Shown here piece by piece: positions 1-8,596 of a stretch of 24,874 bases of DNA. Source of the stretch: an uncultured archaeon (GTDB lineage Archaea > Asgardarchaeota > Thorarchaeia > Thorarchaeales > Thorarchaeaceae). The position numbers were made by a program, and so were the translations under genes. Position 1 is the first letter of the stretch. Every line of letters starts with the position of its first letter. Below the pieces are notes generated by a model, which made no database searches, was not told the origin of the DNA, and was given only the letters and a program-made list of their open reading frames with translations. The DNA lies in NCBI GenBank assembly GCA_964648855.1, contig CAZYLT010000016.1, positions 29,799 to 54,672 of the forward strand, given 5' to 3'.

Positions 1-85
1 AGAGAGTATGGTGGAGAGAAAGCTGAGCGGTGCATAAATGAAGGCTTTGAATTCTGCCATTCATGTACATCATAGGTAAAATGCT

Positions 86-556
86 TCATCCATTCTGCTC
101 GATTAGAAATACAAGTTCTTCCTCGATAGTAGGTGTATTCTTTGCCTTGGTTTTTATTCTCCCTACTTCTTCGCCGTTTTCATCAAAAATAAGAATAGTT
201 GGACTACTGGTGATATCGAATGTTCCAACCTCTTCTGGACTGGGCGGTATCGCCCACAGTTTTTTTGACCCATATGGTGGCTTTGTCATTCCGCCGAGTG
301 CCTTGATTCTTATGTCTAGTTCTTTCTCCAAGAGTGCCAGAACAGGAATTGCTTTTCTTGCATCACCGCACCAATCAGCGAAGACTGCAACAAACGTGTA
401 ATCATCTTTGTATTCTCTGAGCTTTTCAAGGGCTTTCTCATCAAGCTGGTAGTTTTCCTTAACCTGTTGCCATCGCTTCCGTCTATACTCGGACATGTCT
501 TCTATGTAATCTGCACAAGATGGGCAATCTTCTGAAACGTCATTCAAATCTGCCAT
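86..556 (-). CDS. Thioredoxin-fold protein (WCGD-type)
   Basis: VAVFADWCGDARKAIP active-site motif (second Cys replaced by Ala); ITSSPTILIFDENGEEVGRI matches the cis-Pro/beta-hairpin of the Trx fold; extra N-terminal CPSC. Confidence 0.85.
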   Translation of the reverse strand: MADLNDVSEDCPSCADYIEDMSEYRRKRWQQVKENYQLDEKALEKLREYKDDYTFVAVFADWCGDARKAIPVLALLEKELDIRIKALGGMTKPPYGSKKLWAIPPSPEEVGTFDITSSPTILIFDENGEEVGRIKTKAKNTPTIEEELVFLIEQNG

Positions 557-650
557 TTATATCACTCAAAGTACTGGTATCATGTGTAATGTATTTTATT
601 AGCTATCTGGTCCTCTATATCAGCTAGGATTACATTCAGAAGCCCTATTT

Positions 651-1136
651 TCATTCATCCTCGCACACTATATCAGACCCTTTTTCTCCCTTGACAGACT
701 GCAATGGGGATTTTTGAATAATACGAATGAGCTCCATCAGGGTATCTCTATGATGTTTCTCATCTCCAATCAGATGATTCAACATGAACTTCGCAATGGG
801 GTCTCTCACGTTTTCAAGTGATTCCTTAGCTAAGGACAGCATCTCTATTTCTTTCTCTTTAATCGAATTAACCATTCTCTCAAGTTTGACTCTATCAATA
901 TATCGCTGCGCCTTCGCACTCCATTCGTCACACGGTGTTGCATCGAGCATCTCAATGAATCCTTCAAGGAACTTCTGATGCTTTAGTGAGTCTAACCTAA
1001 TATCCATAAAAGCCAACTTAACAGCTGTTTCTGAAACTCGTTCCTCAGCTTTTTTCACCATTTCAGTTGTTTCCTTTTCCACCTCGATTTGTCTCTGCAG
1101 CGTTTCTCTAAGCTTGTCATCGTTAATCTTCATCAT
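651..1136 (-). CDS. Ferritin-like/rubrerythrin-like four-helix-bundle protein
   Basis: Helical, charged sequence with two repeats of E...(D/E)xxH: QIEVE...DSLKH and EKEIE...DEKHH; paralogous to 9168..9644. Confidence 0.75.
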   Translation of the reverse strand: MMKINDDKLRETLQRQIEVEKETTEMVKKAEERVSETAVKLAFMDIRLDSLKHQKFLEGFIEMLDATPCDEWSAKAQRYIDRVKLERMVNSIKEKEIEMLSLAKESLENVRDPIAKFMLNHLIGDEKHHRDTLMELIRIIQKSPLQSVKGEKGSDIVCEDE

Positions 1137-1187
1137 TTTGCACTCCCAAGTATCAATATAGAATTAACTATAGAAAACAAACACTGC

Positions 1188-1202
1188 CTAATAAGCGTTT
1201 TT
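1188..1202 (-). promoter_or_regulatory. Putative archaeal BRE/TATA promoter for the ferritin-like gene
   Basis: Minus strand reads AAAAACGCTTATTAG about 50-65 nt upstream of the start at 1136: an A-rich BRE-like run followed by a TATA-like box. Confidence 0.4.
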
Positions 1203-1270
1203 GTTGGGAAACTAATGTTTTTCGGATGGATGGTGCTAGAAACCAATATTGACCTCTCACATAGTAGACA

Positions 1271-2281
1271 TCAAGTGAGATGAAGGATATTGCGACATTC
1301 TGGGTGGTCGAATATTTCTTCCTTCTCATACTTGTTACCAAGAAACTGATTGATCATGAGTGCGGCATAGTTCCCAGTACCTGTTGCCATAGCAACTTGT
1401 TGCGTTATGGGTCTAACGTCACCAGCAGCCCAAATTCCCTCTACATTTGTCTTTCCCCTATGGTCTGTGATAATATTTCCCCTCTCGTCAACCTTTACTC
1501 CAAGATGTCTAGCTAGCTCTGATCGAGCTTCAGCAACATGTGCGACGAAAAAGACTTCACATCGATAGGACTCACCACTTTCCAATGTAATTCTCTGAAA
1601 CTCACCTGGTCTCCGAAACTCTATCTCTTTGATTTTGCCATGCATCCATTCAAAGGGAGAGTCATCCAGTTTGGACAAATCCTGACCGTCAAATGGGATG
1701 TACGAGTCCTCGGTCATCAAGATTCGAATCTGACCGGTGAATCGCGATAGCGAATTTGCCACATGTAATGCGCTACCTACAGTTCCTGCATTCACAACTA
1801 TGACATCTTTGTCTTTGCAGAGTGGCGCCTCACAATCAGGGCAATAGAAACTGCCATTTCCGACATTCGCTACGGGTAACCAGTTCCTCCAAAACCCGCC
1901 CACCTGTGGATGCTTCCTTGCAGTACCTGTAGCAAAAACCAACGTTTTTGCTCTGTAGACATCCTCGTCTTTTGTTCTGAAACTGGGCTGGGTTGAAATG
2001 GTAAAATCAGGATACTCTCCGGTTATCTCGGTCACATTTGCTTCCTTGAACTCAGCACCGGCTGAACTGGCAGCCCCCTGAAGATTTCTCAATAGCGATC
2101 TGCCTTCATGGTAGGAGTCACCAGTGGCGAAGTTCATGATCGTGTTGGTGTGGTAAGCCATTGGGCTCGTTCCCCGATCGAGAACCAATACATTCCGCTT
2201 GTGATATGCCAAATGAAGCGCAGCGGAACACCCTGCAGGACCGCCGCCAATGACTATTGTATCATATTTCTCGTGAGCCAA
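1271..2281 (-). CDS. Thioredoxin-reductase-family FAD-dependent disulfide oxidoreductase with atypical NAD(P)H site
   Basis: IVIGGGPAG FAD motif, FATG, YCPDCE redox CxxC and GIWAAGDV. Start refined to TTG at 2281, downstream of a GAGGT Shine-Dalgarno (ORF track extends to 2332). Confidence 0.85.
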   Translation of the reverse strand: MAHEKYDTIVIGGGPAGCSAALHLAYHKRNVLVLDRGTSPMAYHTNTIMNFATGDSYHEGRSLLRNLQGAASSAGAEFKEANVTEITGEYPDFTISTQPSFRTKDEDVYRAKTLVFATGTARKHPQVGGFWRNWLPVANVGNGSFYCPDCEAPLCKDKDVIVVNAGTVGSALHVANSLSRFTGQIRILMTEDSYIPFDGQDLSKLDDSPFEWMHGKIKEIEFRRPGEFQRITLESGESYRCEVFFVAHVAEARSELARHLGVKVDERGNIITDHRGKTNVEGIWAAGDVRPITQQVAMATGTGNYAALMINQFLGNKYEKEEIFDHPECRNILHLT

Positions 2282-2413
2282 ATTGGAAACCTCTATCTCA
2301 AGTCGTTCATACTGCAATAAAACTCTATTCAAGCATCATCTTAAGACAATATTACCGCTTGTTCAAGATGGCAAGTTGATTGAGATGACTATCGTTCGAT
2401 TTCCTTTCTGATT

Positions 2414-3037
2414 CTAGCCCAGACATGTGTTTCCTTGCTCTACACCCAAGTCAAAGGCCTTCGAGTTTGCCTCTACCGTCTTGGGAGGAACCAAATCCAG
2501 AACAGCCTTGCGGACATCCTCAGCATCTATGGGAAATCCTGGACAGGAAACTGCAGCGCCGATAAGGACAGAATTCTCCGTACGGGGATTGCCCGCCGTC
2601 TCTGCGAGTTCTAAAGCATCAAGAATGACCACGTTAGAAGTCACCTGATTCAGTTTATCCACGATTTCATCCAGAGTGAGGTATTTCGTTTCTCTTTCCT
2701 TATCCAATGCAACTTCTTCCGTTTCGTTTACCGGGTGCATAATTCTGTTGCTGGTTATTACTACGCCATCATCCTTCAGATATTCGATATATCTTAGAGT
2801 CTCACTGGCCTCCATTGAAATCATCATGTCTGCTTTTCCATATGGAATCAACGGAGATATCGGGTTACCAACTCTGAAGTGCACATAGATAGAACCACTC
2901 CTCTGGGAGAGCCCATGTTGCTCTCCTGTCATTACATTTATTCCCTTGTCGACTGCTGCTTTTCCGAGAATCGATGAGAGGGTCATGAGCCCTTGTCCGC
3001 CCACTCCGCAGAACATGATATTGAAGGTACCCTCCAT
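2414..3037 (-). CDS. iorB: Indolepyruvate:ferredoxin oxidoreductase subunit beta
   Basis: GVGGQG, HGLSQRSGS and ENSVLIGA motifs; start refined to ATG 3037 (MEGTFNI), directly after the iorA stop at 3039. Confidence 0.92.
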   Translation of the reverse strand: MEGTFNIMFCGVGGQGLMTLSSILGKAAVDKGINVMTGEQHGLSQRSGSIYVHFRVGNPISPLIPYGKADMMISMEASETLRYIEYLKDDGVVITSNRIMHPVNETEEVALDKERETKYLTLDEIVDKLNQVTSNVVILDALELAETAGNPRTENSVLIGAAVSCPGFPIDAEDVRKAVLDLVPPKTVEANSKAFDLGVEQGNTCLG

Positions 3038-3038
3038 T

Positions 3039-4946
3039 CTATTTCCCTCCCTCCAATCTAATATGATGTGGCGCATCCACAGGGCACACCTGTCGACATT
3101 CAAGACAGCCATCGCATAGGTCTTGTTGAATCATCATCTTGTGGTCGGTTTCATCTATCTCGATAGCAGGGCAGTAAAACTCTTTCACACAGGCATAGAT
3201 TCCTCTACAGGTTTCTTTATCATTTTCACTAGGAATGATCTTCTCGCCCGCTCTTTTCTTCTCACGGTCTCCATATAGCGCACATGCCCGCCGAGAGATG
3301 ATGACTGAGAATCCTTCAGCCTCAATCGCGTCCATCATTGGTTTGATGCAATCCCTCGTTTCATAGGGATCGACCACAGTGATATTGTCCGCTCCGAGGC
3401 CCTCGAACATTCTTTCCATGTCTATTTTCCTAGCCGGGCTTCTTCCTGCGTCGTAGGGGGAGTTTGGATTGAACTGCTGACCTGTCATGGCTGTCACAGA
3501 GTTGTCAAGAACAAAGAGGGTGACATTGGCATTATGATGAATTAGGTTCACAATTCCAGGGAGGCCTGCATGATATAGGGTCGAGTCTCCGACCATCGCA
3601 ATGACCTTATCCTCTAGAGACATCTCCATTCCGGCAGATACCCCCAGAGAAGCACCCATCGCCAGCATAGAGTCACTGAACTCATTGGGTGGTAGGAATG
3701 CCATCGAGTAGCAGCCTATGTCGTTATTGAAGACAATACTATCTCTGATTTTCAACCTCTTCAATGCTTGCCTGAATGCCCAGAGAGTGCCTCTGTGAGG
3801 ACAGCCCGGACAGAATATAGGATTTCTGTCAGGAAGTATCTCTTTTAGCTTCTGTGCTCGTTCGAGGATTGCGTCATAATCCGCACTGGGTTCTTTGCCA
3901 GTCACCTCTGCTAGCACCTTTTCTACTATCGGCACGTTGTATTCGTACATCTCACTAAAATGCCTACTTTCTTTGCCGATAAATTCTATATTTGGATTGG
4001 CATCCTTCGCAATAGAACGAACGCGGGTCTCCAAATAAGGTGTCAATTCCTCAACTACTACGACCCTATCTAATTCACGGATGAACTCTGCAATCTTCTT
4101 CTTGGGAAGGGGAAAGAGTGTGCCAATCTTCAATAGTGGGAGATTGAGACCGAGATTTTGCATCGCCTCTTTTGCATGGAGGTAACAAACCCCTGCGGTG
4201 ATGATCCCGACCTTGCCCTCTTCTTCTTCGATGATATTGAACCTCGTCGTTTCGAATTCTCTCTCTATCTTCTCGGCCTTCTCCAAGAGCTTTGCCTTTA
4301 ACTGCCGAGCGATTGCTCCAACGGTATAGTATCGTTCTTTAACATCTGCCCACTTGTTCTTCTTGAAGGGGGTTCTATCCAGCTTGCCAAGTCTTACCAT
4401 TCCTCTCTGGTGGTTTACTCGGGTGGTGGTTCTCATGATGACTAGTGTCTTGTACTTCTCAGATACATCAAAAGCCCACTTCACCATGTCATGAGCTTCT
4501 TGAGCTGTGGAAGGCTCTATCATTGGAACATAAGCAGCTTCTCCGAAGTATCTGCCGTCTTGCTCAGACTGTGATGAATGTGCATGGGGATCGTCAGCAA
4601 TTAGGCATACACATCCAGCGTTGACTCCGGTGTATCCAATGCTAAACATGGCATCACTTGCAACATTCATACCGACACTTTTCATAGATGTGAAGGAGCG
4701 TTGTCCGGCCATTGATGCTCCTGCTGCTGTTTCAAGTGCGACCTTCTCATTAGCAGCGATTTGCATTTTGTAATTGCCAAATTCCTTCATCACTTCTCCG
4801 AATGTATCTAGTATCTCTGAAGTCGGAGACCCCGGGTAAAATGCTACAACTTTAACGTCCGCTTCGAGGGCTCCTCTGACTACAGCTTCATTTGCTAGCA
4901 TCAGGGCCGGGCCCGTATCTTCTCTCAAAACATCTTCAACTGTCAT
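3039..4946 (-). CDS. iorA: Indolepyruvate:ferredoxin oxidoreductase subunit alpha
   Basis: ANEAVVRGA, YPGSPTSE, NEKVALE, SSQSEQD, FCPGCPHR, DIGCY, TPP motif GDST...LDN..TAMTGQQ, and a C-terminal ferredoxin domain; GGAGGT RBS upstream. Confidence 0.95.
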   Translation of the reverse strand: MTVEDVLREDTGPALMLANEAVVRGALEADVKVVAFYPGSPTSEILDTFGEVMKEFGNYKMQIAANEKVALETAAGASMAGQRSFTSMKSVGMNVASDAMFSIGYTGVNAGCVCLIADDPHAHSSQSEQDGRYFGEAAYVPMIEPSTAQEAHDMVKWAFDVSEKYKTLVIMRTTTRVNHQRGMVRLGKLDRTPFKKNKWADVKERYYTVGAIARQLKAKLLEKAEKIEREFETTRFNIIEEEEGKVGIITAGVCYLHAKEAMQNLGLNLPLLKIGTLFPLPKKKIAEFIRELDRVVVVEELTPYLETRVRSIAKDANPNIEFIGKESRHFSEMYEYNVPIVEKVLAEVTGKEPSADYDAILERAQKLKEILPDRNPIFCPGCPHRGTLWAFRQALKRLKIRDSIVFNNDIGCYSMAFLPPNEFSDSMLAMGASLGVSAGMEMSLEDKVIAMVGDSTLYHAGLPGIVNLIHHNANVTLFVLDNSVTAMTGQQFNPNSPYDAGRSPARKIDMERMFEGLGADNITVVDPYETRDCIKPMMDAIEAEGFSVIISRRACALYGDREKKRAGEKIIPSENDKETCRGIYACVKEFYCPAIEIDETDHKMMIQQDLCDGCLECRQVCPVDAPHHIRLEGGK

Positions 4947-5150
4947 TCCTATTTACCTCCAGTAATTGAACAAAGGTTTCCCAAAATAACGGTATAGACA
5001 AAATAAGCATTGGCTTCTATTCTTTGATAGTATATTCCCGAGAATTCGTACCATCTATACGGTTAAACAATATATGTGATATCAAATACAGGAAAACAAA
5101 CTCATAGAAAATGCCCGTTTACTTGCTACGACAGTTGGGAGCACGCTAGA

Positions 5151-5441
5151 ATGAATCTGAAGATAACTTGTCCAGAATGTGACAGTGACGCTACACTCTC
5201 GCTTAGTGAAGAGCAACAAAATGACGTGAAAAATAAGATTCGTTCTGAAGGTAGGTCTCCAACGCTCATTACTGAGTGCTCTCAGGGACATGAACTACTA
5301 ATAACTCTGTATTTTCGCGGTTCCAACCTTTCAGTGCGCGACGTCATTGTCGCATACAAGACTCAACCTGAAGAGCACGATTCGGACGAGAGCCCATCTG
5401 AAATCGATTGGGTCAAACAGGCATTTGGGGATGGAAGATAG
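5151..5441 (+). CDS. Small putative Zn-binding protein (CPEC...CxxGH)
   Basis: Start refined to ATG 5151 (MNLKITCPEC). CxxC and CSQGH give a C3H ligand set; acidic linker and C-terminal IDWVKQAF; stop abuts the next ATG. Confidence 0.7.
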   Translation: MNLKITCPECDSDATLSLSEEQQNDVKNKIRSEGRSPTLITECSQGHELLITLYFRGSNLSVRDVIVAYKTQPEEHDSDESPSEIDWVKQAFGDGR

Positions 5442-5819
5442 ATGGTTGTGCGACTCGTAGCCAGAATTCAAATGGATGATCTTAATCCTGAAGTCATATA
5501 TCCTCGTGGTGATAGACAGGATGAGCGTATAGCTAAGCTGACGGGTATCATTCAGTTGGTTTCCGTGGCGTTAGAAAGGAGTGAGGTTTCTACTGAGAAA
5601 AGATGCACTCCCATGTATATGAAATCTGAAACTGGTGTAATCGGATATTGCCAGCTGGAAGATCATATTCTGATATGCGAAGGCGATGCCGAGCGTGAAA
5701 CTGCTGATGCTTTACGAGTCATCATTGACCGGGCTGATTCTTCTTTTGAAGAGTTGAGTGAGAAAGTTGAGAGCGTTGTGGAAAAACGAGGGAAAGAGAT
5801 AGGAGATTTGTGGAGATAG
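5442..5819 (+). CDS. Putative longin-like domain protein
   Basis: 125 aa; by-eye secondary-structure order b-b-a-b-b-b-a-a (VRLVARIQ/EVIYP/DERIAKLTGIIQLVSVALER/PMYMK/VIGYCQL/HILICEG/ERETADALRVIIDR/FEELSEKVESVVEK). The CDS is well supported; the fold is inferred. Confidence 0.55.
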   Translation: MVVRLVARIQMDDLNPEVIYPRGDRQDERIAKLTGIIQLVSVALERSEVSTEKRCTPMYMKSETGVIGYCQLEDHILICEGDAERETADALRVIIDRADSSFEELSEKVESVVEKRGKEIGDLWR

Positions 5820-5831
5820 GAGGAGGTATTT

Positions 5832-7205
5832 TTGGATTTTCAACTCTCATTAACAATTAGCGGAATAGTTACGATTGCTCTTTTGTTTGCAGCGTCCATT
5901 TTGTTCGCCTCTCGCCTCTCGAAGGTCTTCGATGATTTAACTCATGAAACCCGACGTGCTCTGTCGTTTTTCGGGTTCTCGTTGATATCAATGGGAATGA
6001 TAGTCGTGCAAGCTTTAGTCTTACCTGGATTGGTCACAATATGGGTCGCACTCGTGTTGTGTTTGCTCGTCATATCCCAATCCTACCTATTTGCAAGTGG
6101 TAAGAAATTCCTGCATTCTAGCATTTTGGTTTCATTTATCATCTTCTTGGCAATCACTGTTGAAACAATTTTTCGACTATCGGTATCAATCATTCCTATT
6201 GCATTGATTGTTGGAATGTCTACATTACTCGTTGCTGCAACCGGAATGGGAATCTACCTATTGGTTAAGGCACCATCTCCATTTACAGGCTCAATCATGG
6301 TCCTTCTCATAACCTTCATCATCACTTGGTTGTCTGCGTCTTCGGGGGCGGTTGCAACCAACCCCGAGTACTTCATGCTAGAAGTCACGCCCATTGCTAT
6401 CGCTGCTTCTATTCTAGCAGCAACCCTAAAATCTTGGCGTTATATTGTGATTTATTCCTTGGGAGCTCTTGGATTTATCATCAGTATCTCGCTCGCAATC
6501 CCTGCATTTCTTGCGGGTGATTTCTTTATCTGGACCTATACTCTCATAGCACCCATTGCGGGGATATCTGTTATTGTTCCTTTAGACTTCTTCCTTTCTC
6601 AAGTAGAAGAACTGAAGACACGAACGCCTCAATTCATTTCATTGACTCTGATAGGTGTGGGCCTCCTAGCTGTTACTCATGCTAATGCCTGGGCAATTGC
6701 CGTCGAACGGGGAGCTTGGGACACTAATCTTCTATACATTGATTGGATTATTGGTGTTATCGCGGTTATGGCATTCACATTAGCTGGGTTGTCTTCTGTA
6801 CTGAGCCAACGAGCCACCGGCTATATTGTTGATATTCAACTATTTATCGCAACTATATTCTTTATCCTGGGGCATCCATTCATCCAAGCGGGGAGATTCC
6901 AGCTACAACCCCTATATGTTCCTCTTGCAGGAATCATCCTCATCGGTGTGGTTTCTCATGTGTATTCAGCACGAGCAATTGCCAGAGCAGGTTCGCCAAC
7001 TGCTGCACGGAGATTCATTATGTTCATTATGGCATCACTTGGAATCGGTATTGTTGCCATGTTCTCAGATATTATCCCGTTTGGCGTAGTGATTATTCTT
7101 CTTGTTTCGGTTGCAATGCTGCTTATCTTAAGCGCGCCAAGGAGGCAATCTGTCCAAGCCCCCCCGGAAGATGCGGACATTCAATCACCTGAGGAGGAGA
7201 TATAG
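5832..7205 (+). CDS. Polytopic membrane protein (~15 predicted TM helices), paralog A
   Basis: Almost entirely hydrophobic segments; TTG start behind a strong GGAGGAGGT RBS; full-length similarity to 7207..8556. Confidence 0.85.
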   Translation: MDFQLSLTISGIVTIALLFAASILFASRLSKVFDDLTHETRRALSFFGFSLISMGMIVVQALVLPGLVTIWVALVLCLLVISQSYLFASGKKFLHSSILVSFIIFLAITVETIFRLSVSIIPIALIVGMSTLLVAATGMGIYLLVKAPSPFTGSIMVLLITFIITWLSASSGAVATNPEYFMLEVTPIAIAASILAATLKSWRYIVIYSLGALGFIISISLAIPAFLAGDFFIWTYTLIAPIAGISVIVPLDFFLSQVEELKTRTPQFISLTLIGVGLLAVTHANAWAIAVERGAWDTNLLYIDWIIGVIAVMAFTLAGLSSVLSQRATGYIVDIQLFIATIFFILGHPFIQAGRFQLQPLYVPLAGIILIGVVSHVYSARAIARAGSPTAARRFIMFIMASLGIGIVAMFSDIIPFGVVIILLVSVAMLLILSAPRRQSVQAPPEDADIQSPEEEI

Positions 7206-7206
7206 G

Positions 7207-8556
7207 ATGGATTTTGGGTTATCATTCCATCTTGGTGCAGTTACGGTATTATTCATCTTGATTGTATCTTTGGTGAGATATTCAAAATCGATTCTTGCTG
7301 TACGCAATAGGGTTTCATCGGCTACAATCAAGGCGCTGATTTTCTTTGGCCTTGCAGGTGCTACACTCAGTGTAATTGCATTTATATCAACATTGACTGA
7401 GGGTACCATAGGAGTCCGGTTGTGGATTGTCTTCTTCTTTGTCTTCCTCATAAATGCACAGATGCAAATTTTTACGGAAAACAGATACGCTCACTATGGG
7501 ACTTATGCAGTTGCTGGTGTGGCGACGATCTGGTCAGTATTCGTAGCCCTTGGGAGTCCAACAGAGATATCGCCGGTATTGAGTCTAGCCCTCTATGTAA
7601 CATTTTCAGTTGCACTACTCCTCTCGATTTGGCTTCTTTATGATTCTCCCTCTCCCTTCACAGCTGGTATGCTGATAATTCTGCTGTCCTTTTTGGGCGC
7701 ATGGTTTTCTATCATAACGGGTGTAATTTTCACTGACCAACAATATTTCATGATTGTGCTTCTCCCCGCAGTAGTTTCCGCATCTATTTTGGCTACCATG
7801 CTCCAGCCGTGGAAGCAGACCATCACTACATTCATGCTCCTCATGGCTGTCGTTGTGGCTGTTTCTATCATTCCTGTGGCTTTCATTGCCGGACAATTTG
7901 AAATCTGGAGTTTTGTAGCACTCTCTTCATTCGTTGCTCTTGCCGCAATAGGCTCAATAGATTTCTTTGTCGAGCAGGCCCTGGAAACAAAAGCACGTAT
8001 TCCGTCTCTCATTGCATTTACGCTGATCTGTATTTCCATGATTGCAGTCATTCATGGCATTTTTTGGGCATCCTTGATTGACACGGGAGTCCAGGATGAA
8101 CCTATGATATTTCTAGAATGGATTTTTGGGGTGTTGGGTGGGTCAAGCTTCGTCTTGGCGGGTGTTTTCTCGACTGTTTCGCCTAGTATTCAACGGGTAG
8201 CAAGACATTTGATGGTGGCATTCAGCGGTGCTATGATAGTGTTGGGTCATGAATATGTTAGAATGAATCGCTGGGTGTACAATGATTTGTTCCTGATCCT
8301 AGCTGGAGCTCTTACCATAGGCATTATCGCGTATATTCGTGTTGCACTACGATTAAGGCGGCTTGGGTCAAAAAGGGCCTCGCGCAATTTCATAGCTTTC
8401 ATGCTTGCCGCTTTAGGAGCATCAATCGTAGCCATCGCTTCTGACAACTTACCGTTACCCTTATCTCTTACACTCCTTGCTCTGACAGGGATCATGTTGA
8501 TTTTTAGCAGTCCTCGTATAATCGGAAGGAGAGGCAAGAATAGCAAAAAAGAATAA
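7207..8556 (+). CDS. Polytopic membrane protein (~15 predicted TM helices), paralog B
   Basis: Start refined to ATG 7207 (MDFGLS, compare MDFQLS in paralog A) after GAGGAGGAG; shares PSPFT, SILA..L..W, DFF..Q..E.K.R.P, LGH and GS..A.R.FI.F motifs with paralog A. Confidence 0.85.
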   Translation: MDFGLSFHLGAVTVLFILIVSLVRYSKSILAVRNRVSSATIKALIFFGLAGATLSVIAFISTLTEGTIGVRLWIVFFFVFLINAQMQIFTENRYAHYGTYAVAGVATIWSVFVALGSPTEISPVLSLALYVTFSVALLLSIWLLYDSPSPFTAGMLIILLSFLGAWFSIITGVIFTDQQYFMIVLLPAVVSASILATMLQPWKQTITTFMLLMAVVVAVSIIPVAFIAGQFEIWSFVALSSFVALAAIGSIDFFVEQALETKARIPSLIAFTLICISMIAVIHGIFWASLIDTGVQDEPMIFLEWIFGVLGGSSFVLAGVFSTVSPSIQRVARHLMVAFSGAMIVLGHEYVRMNRWVYNDLFLILAGALTIGIIAYIRVALRLRRLGSKRASRNFIAFMLAALGASIVAIASDNLPLPLSLTLLALTGIMLIFSSPRIIGRRGKNSKKE

Positions 8557-8596
8557 ATTGCGCTCTTTATTGGAATAAGTGAAAGGAGATGCGTCG

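Noticed and set aside
1-37. Possible 3' end of an upstream plus-strand gene (...ESMVERKLSGA*)
   Set aside because: Too short to support.
5832-8556. Calling the membrane pair rhodopsins, true GPCRs or ABC permeases
   Set aside because: No retinal-binding Lys motif, DRY/NPxxY or EAA loop is seen and no ABC ATPase is adjacent; only a generic multi-TM repeat is supportable.
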